A stretch of 64,000 nucleotides of DNA, from NCBI GenBank assembly GCA_965235115.1, contig OZ249436.1, positions 34,598,001 through 34,662,000 on the forward strand, given 5' to 3'. The translations under genes were made by a program, and so were the position numbers. Under the pieces are notes generated by a model. That model worked only from the letters and a program-made list of their open reading frames with translations. It made no database searches and had not been told where the DNA came from. This DNA is from Laetmonice hystrix. Taxonomy: Eukaryota. Positions 48,801 to 59,826 of the stretch are shown piece by piece. How positions within the stretch are numbered: position 1 is the stretch's first letter; the number at the start of each line of letters is the position of its first letter.

Positions 48801-49699
48801 GACAAACTACGGCTCACTGTTTGCAGATAATTATGTATGTACATGTTATTCACTCTTGTTCAACTTCAGGCTTAAAAGATCGACGGTGTGCTTCTTTTAC
48901 GTTAAACGTTAGTCGAATCGCCATGAACGAAGATGGCTAGGCCAGCAGATGTCTCAAAGTCTGTCAAAGTCCGATAAGAATCAGGCGTGTTCTTTGATTA
49001 GATGTCAGTCGGAAAAATAGGATTTGAAACAAATTATGGCGACTGTACAGTTACTACTAGCCTACAGTACAGTCGCCATACTGCCATTATGATTTACTAT
49101 TATAACTTAGATCTAGCCTAGGCCTACTGGCCAGTGGCAGTGTCGTTGCCGTGGGCGTTAGTGAGAGATAGTGGTCAGTGGCAACCTCTCTGTTACGTTC
49201 TAAACATGCCAATAATATCCATCTATCAGTGGCATAAGAATTAGGCTAAGGTATTTTCAGTTTGGAGGACCATTCACGTCATGAACCCATTGACACAGAT
49301 GAAGCTGAGCCTGTCCCACTACCTGCTCTGTCCACTACAAGAATGGGCCGAGTAGTCAAACTTCCGTCACGTTTTAGAGACTAGGGGACATGAACTAATG
49401 GTACTAGGACCACATCTTGGACCACTCCTATGTAGGAGACTGCCAAACTATCTCCATATCTTGCGTAATACTATATGCACTGCTAATATTCTATTATTTT
49501 TATCTCTTTGTTTAAGTGTTATACGTAGCCGGTAGGCCTATAATTATGTTAAAACTTGACATTGGACATAAGAGCACTGCTTAAAAAGTGACACACGACA
49601 CGGTTGAATCATTTTAAAAAGTGACATGCGACACGGAAAAATTTCTTATCATGTGACACTGGGACACAGGCATAAAAAATAGGACCCATATATACCCCT
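45860..49699 (+). mobile_element. Large degenerate DNA transposon (Sola-like?) with subterminal CGACAC repeats
   Basis: TIR aggggtatacatgggt ... acccatatatacccct; flanking duplication (C)ACAG(T); clusters of cgacac(g) inside both ends; relic exon ending TTRMGRVVKLPSRFRD*. Confidence 0.65.
46370..48741. mobile_element. Composite CAGGCCCGTAG-ended element with 5-bp TSD, filled with G/C-tract MITE fragments
   Basis: caggcccgtaggctgg ... ccagcctacgggcctg; TSD AGGTC at 46365-46369 and 48742-48746. Confidence 0.75.
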
Positions 49700-50890
49700 C
49701 ACAGTCATCACACTGCTTGCGTTGGGTCGTAATAGCCTTTTTTCTGTTGCAATTGTTTCATTCGCTTTCGGAGGTCTTCCCCTGCTTCGCTTTACCGCCA
49801 CTAAAATACAGGGTAGACTATTAGAGAATGACCTTACAAACAATTAATACATAACAAGAGTGGTATATAGCATTCACAGATTAGGCCTATAGTATTTCTA
49901 TTGGAGTAGGCCTACTCTATTAAAAGCTACGCAAAGGCAGGGCATTCAGTACATTATTTAGCACACTTTTCTTCACATTCTTACTACTTTTGCGGTCATT
50001 CGGAGAACTCTAAATGGGGAAGGGGGGGCAGAACTTCCGGTAGTCCACAGTGATTCACAGCTGATGTGTTTGAGGACCAACCAGTGGAGCGCCCGATGAC
50101 GTCATCTCGGCGCGCTGAAGATTACACACACCTCTTTAAATCATGCCAAGAACTGGGAAAACGTCTTTTCGCTTGCGGTTTTGTAATGACCACTGCAGTC
50201 CCAAATACATTACAACTGGGGGATTCGACTCCAGCAGGCGCTCCCTAACAGTGGACAATGAAGGCGTATACGACTCGACACGTCATAACTACTATAAAGG
50301 CGCCAACGCCTTTAATATATGCTGTTATGGTTTGTTTAAAAATATCGCAGTCTCCCCGTTATATACCAGATGGGGATTGTTCCTTTAAATTAATAGCGCC
50401 ATAATAATTAGGTCACCCCTGATGGAATAGGGACCATTTCAAATATATGGCGCCTTAATTCCGTCAGATAAGCCCTTTTTTTCAGGTCCTAATTCCGTCA
50501 CCTCGTTATAGTTTTGTTTTTTCAAAATAGTAGATGCTCCCTTTTGTTACGAACATGTCTGAGCGATAATAGAACATGTTTCAAAGGTAAAACATTATAA
50601 TATTTATACTGTCTGAATATAATATACTGTAGATTTTAACGCAGAACCAGCCAGCCATTGTGACAGGCATGAACATGCAGGCGTATTGTACCGTTGGGCA
50701 GCTGTGGACCACACCGAACCTGTAACAGAAGGCCAGGTATGCGTGTACAGACTCACCACCAGTCCTCCTATATCCCACGCTGGATACGGACTGGACGCAA
50801 ATACATCTGCGAGCTGATGCCACCATTGCCATCGATGCAACTTGAATCTGTATAAATCAGGTATAGTTATATATTTTGAGTGATACATTC

Positions 50891-51064
50891 CAGGGCCGTA
50901 GCCTGCGGGGGGGGGGGGGGCAGGGGGCAGCTGCCCCCCCTGGGATTTCCAGTTTTATGTGTTTTTTTAACCGACACCCCGGGCCAGCTCGACCGGCGCA
51001 ATGACGCGCTATCACTTGGCAGGCCTACTGCACCCCCACGCATTTGGGCCAGGCTACGGCCCTG
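50891..51064. mobile_element. MITE with CAGGGCCGTAGCCTG termini and 5-bp TSD
   Basis: TSD CATTC at 50886-50890 and 51065-51069. Confidence 0.85.
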
Positions 51065-53238
51065 CATTCGACAGATACAAAAGGGTTACATTGGACTAAA
51101 TTATGTCGGATGGGAATAGGACTACGGGCAACTTCAGACAATTTCTGAAGTCAACCTCTCAGTGTCTATATTGAGATCAAGGAATTGCAGTACTATGTTA
51201 CCTCAAAGTTCAATGACCGTGGTCTTGATTTTAGGTTCCTAACCCCAAAAATACCCTGCACCCCCCCCCCCCCCCCAGTGGAGAACTAGACCTATACATG
51301 GTTCAAGCACAAACCAATGTTTCTAAGTCTTATGTCCCCATCAAATTTCATGTGATGACACGGTGCTTTTGTCTGCGTGTGCAGTAGCGACGGAACAGAT
51401 AATATATGGGGGGGATTTCGCTTGATGCAATATTGCTTGACGTAGTGGGCCCCTGCCCCCCCCCCCCCCCCCCGCTTCCGCCGCCTATATATGGTATTTG
51501 GACAATACTATTATTTTGTATCACCATGCCTAATTTAAGGTCCATTACAAAATGCGCCTTTTTTATTACATGGTTTCTGACATGTTTTTTACAACAATAT
51601 TAATAATTAATGGGCCTGATGTTATGACAAAATGGATATCTCAATAATTGTCAAATTGATCGTTTTGCTCAGAGTATACTTTTAGTGCATGCTGGGCTAT
51701 ATCTAGATCTGCTCCTATACGCGTCGTCAGATAGGGGGGCCTAGCTCCAGCATTGTAGTGACGGGGGGAATTTGCCCCCGGGCGCAAAGGTATAGGGGGC
51801 GTCAAGGTGTATGTAGGCCTATATGTAGGCCCTGCTGTTCTTTTTAGTTGCAATTTGGGGGGGGGGGCATAAGTTAAGTTTGCCCCCCGAGCCCCGATAG
51901 TTCTCACTACCCCACTGCCCTAGCTGGCGGCCTACTCTGGTTACCATCATTATTATTCTGTTGACCTACATATGCCAAATCTGTAAGACTGTTACATTAG
52001 TTTCACAATAGTAAGTCACATAGACGGCTCCAAGGAAGGCTAATAGCCTCCAAAGTTCAAATTTTCTATCGGTCTATTCAAAGATCTAAATGTCATCCAT
52101 TGAGGATAAAATAAACAGCTATATGGGGGACGGTGTCATAACGATGTACCATGCATACAATAGGCCTACCAAAATTTTGATTTGTAAAATTGTTTGTTAG
52201 TAGCTTTGGTAGAACAGGTCTGTTTTAAAGAATACAAAGTTGTTGTTTTTAATTGCTGCTAGGCTAATACAGAAAGTTTAGCAGTAGAAACCCCAATGAC
52301 ACACAATGATACTGGTATGCGATAGATGTATACATATACATTATATAGTATTGTTACACGCCATCTATCAATCCGAATTTTTGTAAAATTTGTCTAATAA
52401 TCTAAAACGAAAGATACTTGGGCTGGCCAGAGGCGCCGTTCTTGTATGTTCTGCAGTCTATACCCAAGTATGGCCTCTAGGCCTATATAGAGACGAAAAG
52501 TGCTACCTTTTTAAAAGCCATTTGCACGAAAATAGATCCACCAGGAAAATATTCCTATCTAAAGTAATTAAAAATGTTTTTAAAAACAGGATCTCATTGT
52601 TGATAACCCAAAATGATTGTTGCCAATTTAACCGCTTTTCCCTCATTTTCCTGTTGTTGCTTGTGTGTTTGAGCAGGCTTTAAAATGCTTCAAACTTTAA
52701 AAGGGGTTTATGAAACATCTAAGCCCCATACATTAATGTTTCAATCACTCATTTCAGGCGGCTCAAGATTGATAGATGGGTCAGCTTCACAGCCGAGTGA
52801 ATGGGCGACCCACTTGTCAAGTAAATGTTGGGTCAGAACAATTACAAAAATTGGTTGTATTGTCAGATGGGTTGTAACAGTATCAATACCGAAGATGATT
52901 TCCATGATAAGAACGATACATGTGCCTATTCAACAAGCTTTCCGACATGACTGGGTCTCCAGGACATCACGCTATCCCTTTTTCTCCCCGAAAACTGTTC
53001 GTGAAACAAACCCTCAAATAAGTCTGGCCTTAAAACGATTTACCCATGCACACATGCTTTAGATTTCCTTTTAGACTGCTGGTTGATTGTGGGCTGAGAA
53101 ATCCACATTTCTTAAATTCTGTGGGCACCCCCTGCCCGGTACATACACCTGCGCTACAGACCCGTTTGTTTCACCAAAATATCCTGTATAGTTGCCACTA
53201 CGTCTGAAGCCGAAGTTTAGGTACCAGAAGGTTGGGCA

Positions 53239-56200
53239 ATGTCGACGTCCATGAGAGAAAACGATGCACTGGTTGAACTTGATAAGGCGAGACGGCCTTG
53301 TGTGTCAGTGGAGCAAGCTCGGGACATTCTGAGCTCGATCTACGGCCTTGAAGGGGATGTCGTGCGGGAACTGGACAGCTATGATGACAGGAATTTCCTT
53401 ATTCAAGTTGATGGTCCGTCATCGAATGTGAACCATACCAAGATTCTGCCGAATGGATACGTACTGAAAATTATCAATCCGGCGGAATCGAAGACGAAAC
53501 ATATTGGTGAGCTAGTTACTAAATCTCTAAATCGTTTGGTATCCCATAAAAATGCCAGTTCTTCTTTCAGAAATTGTGCAGGCGTTCCAGTATACGATGG
53601 CCCAGAAAGGAGATGCCGGGCATTTACTTTTATATTGACGATTTTGCCCTCCGTTAGCGCGGAGAAATATCTCTTTGACTCTCATTATAATGTGCCTTGT
53701 TTTCTCTTCATTGCAAACGTTTTCTGTCTTCTGAATTGTTGTTTCAAGTTAATTCTTCTAGTAAGAATGCAAATTCATCGATTATTTAAAGCAACCCCCG
53801 AAAGAGGTAATATGATTTTCTCGGAAAGAGGTAGTCCCTTTTAGGGAACCGTATCAAGGGTCCCCGACCATGCACACCCTAGAAACAAAAACTTTTGTAG
53901 GAGTTGTATAATATTATATCATAATTGACTTATATTCAAGCTCCTTCTCAAGACAAGAGACTAAAAAGGGGGCAGGGGGCTGCAGTCCACCATATCCAAA
54001 GGGGGGGGGGTGAAGTATCCCCCCCCCTCCCAACACCATGCTCATTAAATACCGTTTTGGGTCTTCCAAATTAAACATTGTTTCGGGGAAGCCAAATTTT
54101 AACAAATCCCAGGGTTGGCCCCTCTGGACCCTCCACTGAATATACGGTTCGCCCCCTCGGTGCTCGCCGGACACCACACTCTAGCCACTCTCAGCAAAAA
54201 TATGTTTCAGCAAAAATATGTCTGCATTTCGGTTCTCCGATATGCCTTAAAGGTCCCTACCTGTTTATTTAGCGTTGGCCGGTATTTTGTAAAAAAAAAT
54301 CGCCAATTCTTAATTCAGTCACTGAAAATGACACACTTAGATTCGGAGACCCCGTGATTTGCAGCCGGCTTTGTTTTGCACCCTTTTCACACGATCGGCG
54401 GATGGGCCATTATAGTCCCACTATCATTTTATAGATTTATTATTTACTTATTTATTTATTTATTTATTTATTTGTTTATTTATTTATTTGATATTTACTT
54501 AGATGGTAAGGGTAAGCAGAAAACTGAAGATTTCGGTCGATACCCCCGTGACATATTTCCTTTAAAGGGGCATGCTATGAAACACGTTTTTGAGGATTTC
54601 CGGCAATTATCCAACATGACCGTGTACTAGGGATCCAAGTAAATAATCCTCCCACAGCATTTTGTCCTCCGACGTGTTTTCGCTGCGTATGCAGCACAAG
54701 TAGATTCTATACGACCAAACCTATAGATTTCTCCCAATAGCACATCTCCCGCCATAATTTGGTAGACAACCTCCCATCAACCCATGTAATCGCGTACTGC
54801 GTCACATCCTGCGTGTGCACTCACTGCATGTGCTTAGTCACGTCCTTCGCTTAGTTCTAAACAATTCAGCAGTTGCACTCGATCGTCCGGCATCAGAATG
54901 CCACCCAAAAAATATTTTATGAAATCGGCAGAAAAGCGGGCAAGAGAGCTTCATAAACTTCGATTTCTCACACAAAATGAAACTGATAAGTCTGTCTTTG
55001 TTTATCAAGCAATATTAATGAAGGATCTCTTTATGAAAACAGCAAAAGTTCTTTGAAATACCGATTTTTCACGTTTCCTCATAATATGCCCCTTTAACAG
55101 ACTGTTTTCCTCGACAGATGCCGAGTTGGCGGCACAACGACTTCTTGAACAGCAGGGATTCCGGTGTCCACAAGCAGTACCTGACAAACATGGAAAGTTC
55201 TACAGCCTGCTCGACCTTCACGTCCAGCAGCAACACGACCGTGCGTTTTGTAATTCTCACTCTACAAAATTTACTCGCTAGAAATAGTAAGGTTAACCCT
55301 TGTAAGGGCACGTGCAGGGTTTCCGCCAGAGGGTAAAATGGGTAAAATTCCGTACCCAAAAATTTTCCAGGGTACGGATCCGTACCCTCAAAAGTGTTGG
55401 GTAACAATTTTTCCATGAAGTGATTAAAACCTCCTGATGATGCCTTGAGCAACTTAAAGGAATCAAATATAATGGTGTACAGTATATGCATTGATTAATT
55501 CACATATTTGTAACATCAGTTAGGGTTAGGGTTAGGCTAATCCTAAAAGAATGTAGGCCCAAATGTCCTACATTCCTCTGGTCCGTACCCTAAATTTTTT
55601 TTCTGGCGGAAACCCTGACGTGGGGTATTTTTGGACCCCAAGCAGGTATTTTTGAAAATATTTTCATTAACACTGAAATTTGAATTCTGCACTTCTATGA
55701 TATCGTTTCCTAGTTGATTTTTAACATATTCATTTAAAAATTTTGCAAGTTTTGATAACCTAAAATGTAGGGTCCAAAGAACCCCTTGTGCCCTACAAAG
55801 CAACTCCCTGGGCGTGCCCTTACAAGGGTTAACCGTTTATAGAACATATATATAATTATTGCAATATCTGCCGGACCACCCATCTCAGAGCAGAGCCCAC
55901 AGCCGTCGAGGTGTACCAATTAGCGGGACGTGGCTGTATTTTGATATCCCCAATTTAGATCCTTGATTAGCTCTGCAAGAAAACTTATGGCCGGTTTACA
56001 GTCCGTCGGCCGACCATCGAGTTCGAAGTTCACGTAGACTTAACTCTCAGCGATCGGCTGGGCCGACTGACTATAAACTGGCCTTTACTGTTATATCAGC
56101 AGACACACGCCAGGGTTTCGGGGACGACAGCAGTTGTCTATGCCAAGTCCGTTTGATGAAATACGTTCCTGGACAGTTGTTTATTTCGGTCCCCTACAAA

Positions 56201-57890
56201 CCATCGTTACTCATCAAAGCTGGCGCCTACCTCGGACGTCTCCAGACTGCCCTGAAGGTAGGTGAGGAAACTAAACGGTAAGAGTGGTCCCAGCAGACTA
56301 TAAGGGAACATGTATAATACCCTATGGTCTTTATACAAAACAATTCATTGTGCAGGCCTCGAGTACGTCCAAGTCACCCCCCCCCCTCCCCCCCCCCCCC
56401 CCCCCCCCCCAATCCTGAACTTTTCGCCATACACCTTTCCTTTGAATCCACCGTCATTAACCGTCATCAGTGTTAGTGCCGCCTGCAATTGCATTGCGCA
56501 TCATAATTATTTGACTCTATTTCCAATGGTATTTTGGCCATTCTCAGGTCACCTCTTTATTGTTTTATGGTTAACATTTTTTATATTTTCCCTTTGTTAA
56601 TAGGGTCTGTCTCACGAGTCCCTGCAAGGCCCGGGTACGATCTGGAACCTTACCAATGTTCCCGTCGTGACCAAGTTCTTGTTTGCTGTTGAGGACGATC
56701 AATTACGCCATCTAGCGACAGACGTTATCGATGGTTTCCGGAAGCAAGTACTGGGCAGACTTCACCTCTTCAGTCGGGGTAAGCCTCAGCGAGATTTACT
56801 GAGAGCAGGGATCCCATAGGTGTCGCTATAGTATGCAAACGACTACAACCCCTCCTGGCGGGAGCTTATTTACCACTGCCGCGTGATCATTATGAGAGGG
56901 GGGGCCACAGATGCATGCCTAAAAGAAACATTATTATTTAACTGCATGAACCTAGTGTGTACGACATAAACTTCTGGCTCTAGACATATCGGCTCATGTC
57001 GGGTAATGGTCGAGACGTCATAAAAATGAGCGATAAAAGGTGCTAAACCTAATCCTAGCCCTTACCTACCACTCATTATCGCTCATTTGGTGACGTCACG
57101 GTCATTCCCCGACTTGTGCCGACATATTGTGGTATCGAGGTTACTCTGAACTGAAGTGACGAACACGTGTGACGTGGTAAATTTTAAACCAAATATAATA
57201 TGCACTACAGATATAGTCTGACCTTAGCGACTAAGCTATAGGCCTACCTCAAAGATATGACCTTTTTATGGACAGTACCAGTGGGCCTAGTTTTTCCTTT
57301 TCTGCGCCTGTTGAAAGTTTATGGGGCTTCCGGTACATCCCTCTCGCAGCCACAATATGATTGATGTCTGCATTCTGCCCATACTCTTACCAGGACCGGT
57401 ACACAATGATTACAACGACATGAACATCCTGGTCGAGCCGTCCCTCTCACCTCAGCCTGGAGTTACAAATAGCCACTCGAACGGATCACGTGACGAGGAT
57501 TACGACGTCACCGGTATTATTGATTTCGGCGATCTCCTCGATACGTACTACGTGTGTGAGGTTGGGGTTGCCATCATGTACATGTCGGTTGAAAGTAAAG
57601 TCGTGGAACCTTTAATGGCTGGGGGGTACTTCTTGGCCGGGTATCTTCGCCACCGGACCCTGTCCTCCGAGGAATGGGAAGTTCTCAAGGTTTGTACGTG
57701 CGCCCGTTACGTTCAGTCACTTGTAATGGGTGCGCACCACAAGCGATGTGATCCCACCAACGACTACACCCAAGCGACAGCGATAAGAGGATGGGACCAG
57801 TTGGTCAAAATGTGGACGACACCAAAGGAAGAACTGTACAATGCTTGGCGGGCGATCATATCTGAATACGGTCCGAATGTTCTTGATTGA
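53239..57890 (+). CDS. HYKK: Hydroxylysine kinase / aminoglycoside phosphotransferase domain-containing protein (HYKK/AGPHD1-like); exons 53239-53506, 55118-55240, 56100-56257, 56604-56778, 57394-57890 (about 406 aa)
   Basis: N-terminal ELDSYDDRNF...YVLKIIN, VRLMKYVPG, WNLTN, catalytic HNDYNDMNIL (HxDxxxxN), IIDFGD and ARYVQSLVMG. Canonical splice sites give consistent phases (1221 nt). Confidence 0.88.
54566..55093. mobile_element. Kolobok-like non-autonomous element (TTAA TSD) in HYKK intron 1
   Basis: ttaa|aggggcatgctatga ... tcataatatgcccct|ttaa. Confidence 0.7.
55297..55828. mobile_element. piggyBac-like MITE (TTAA TSD, CCC termini) with a nested 5-bp-TSD MITE at 55315-55617
   Basis: ttaa|cccttgtaagggcacg ... 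cgtgcccttacaaggg|ttaa. The nested cagggtttccgccaga...tctggcggaaaccctg has TSD ACGTG. Confidence 0.8.
55988..56084. mobile_element. Palindromic MITE with TTA TSD (PIF/Harbinger-like)
   Basis: tta|tggccggtttacagtccgtcggcc ... ggccgactgactataaactggcct|tta. Confidence 0.65.
56987..57126. mobile_element. Foldback element with a cctaa-like core
   Basis: tcggc.ca.gtcggg.aatg...aaatgagcgataa and ttatcgctcattt...cattcccgacttgtgccga flank aaacctaatcctagcccttacc. Confidence 0.6.
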
Positions 57891-58116
57891 TTAATTACTT
57901 GCTGGGTGGCATGTCTTACCACAAATCCAGTTCTTGATTGATACGACATATAGATCTTATTTTACCAACTAGGCCCCTATGTTTCAAAGTAAAGTACACA
58001 TGTATTTTTGAAGGGGCAATTTGTTTATATATTGTTCATTTAAAGCCGACTACCTATGTTTATTCGAGAAAGAGTATAGTAAACATCGACATATCAACTT
58101 TTCTGCTTGGCCTATT

Positions 58117-58122
58117 AATAAA
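58117..58122 (+). promoter_or_regulatory. Candidate polyadenylation signal for the HYKK-like gene
   Basis: AATAAA about 230 nt after the stop codon. Confidence 0.4.
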
Positions 58123-59826
58123 AAGAATTAAACATAATGTTACATATATTACCGTTTAAATGTTTAAATCTCCGATATAACAATATACAAAAAGATGACA
58201 TAGAACGTAGACCTCCCCCACCCTCCTCATATCAAACCTACGATGGCCAGCTCCCTACAATCATGTCCTCACAGTCTAAGCCCGTAACGACCATTGTTAA
58301 TTAAGTAAATCTTAATACAGGTTGACTGAAAGCACGATTAGACTGCCCTCAATCGAATGAATCAATCTCACAGGACTTAGCAGTGTCATTATGACCAGAG
58401 GTAGTGCCGACGTTCAAGCTTCCATCGTCAGACCTTAAACACCAGCGCGTATAGTCTTGCAAAAAGCATGCCCTCCATGGGGAGCCGAGAGACGATAAAA
58501 TAGCTTCCTAAGGTTGTCAATAACGCACAAACACTCACCATGCACATTCTTCTATAATACAGGTACGGTATTTCGTTACGTTTACGGTACTCGCACACGA
58601 TACACGTATCGTGATTCACTTGTTTGAAACGAAACAATATTTAATATAAAATGTCGCATACAATTTATAATAATATAGAACCAACCCTATTCGAAATCAA
58701 AGAATCAAACTGATATATTACATCGAATGTACCTTCCTTAAAAATTGTTAAAAGTTGCATGATAAATACATCAATAAGGCATGCGTTATTGGGTATAGCA
58801 ATGGGTCTAAATCTGCAATCAAGACAATAATATACCCGGACAGCAAACATTTTAAACTATTTATCACAATCCAGTTATTATTCTTCAAATAAGTAGCTGT
58901 GGGAATTAGTGGATAGAGTCAATTCCCGCTTGGTAACCAATCAGACTTTGCATAGAGAGGTCCTACGTCATTGGTCGCCCGCAGCTGGCTGATGGTTGAG
59001 CAACATGAGAAGCCACGCTCCCTCCACCAACCAACACCATCACCATTTCGCCAATACCTCATCCAATATTAACCTGCTTGTATCATCACTGCAGCAGAGA
59101 AAAGTTTTCCCAACAGGACCATCCGCACGGTATACCTTAGTACGAATGAGATTAATCTGTTTGGTGTTGACATGGACCAGTTATTCAATATCTACTCGCA
59201 AATGTTCGGCTTAATGCCAGTTTCAATCTGCTTTTGTGATTCACCTTGCGTTCGAGCGGACAGTTGAATACCACGGGATGCTTGCGTTAGATGTCATATT
59301 TAACCTTAACGCTAGCGTCTAGAATGATAAAACCAATATATGTATATATGGCGAGTATCAATAAGTACAATTGATTCCTCCCTGAAAAAAACTGAGAAAC
59401 ATCATTCTAGAGTTGTATAGGCCACTCATATAACTTGTTTTGTTCTTGGCCTTGTTAAACAAGTGGTACATAGTTGCGCATTCCACAACAGGCGCCGAGT
59501 GTTGGCATTTGTCCGGCGTAGAACCTTGATTAAAGTTTTGCTCTGCGGTGTAGTGGGAATTGAACCAACAAAACCGAAATGAAACGTTGAATAATATATC
59601 CGAGCCCGGTGTTCACGAGCGTGACGGTCAGAAGTATGGTTGTCCCTTGAGGGCCATCGTACTGGCTGAAATCGCATTCAGTTACTCTAATTAAGTTCCC
59701 GCTCAGCATGAGGATTCCGGAAGTTTCTGAACTTGCCACAGACGTTGTTGAGGCACACAAACCGAAACAGCTCGAGGAAGAGGAGATTCTGAACCACGAA
59801 CTACGCCATCGCGTTTGTCAGGATAA

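Noticed and set aside
50604..50888. Trp-rich 94-aa ORF and overlapping frames
   Set aside because: No recognisable motif or convincing exon chain.
53239..57890. APH-like kinase as a horizontally acquired antibiotic-resistance gene
   Set aside because: It has four spliceosomal introns and matches the widespread animal HYKK/AGPHD1 family.
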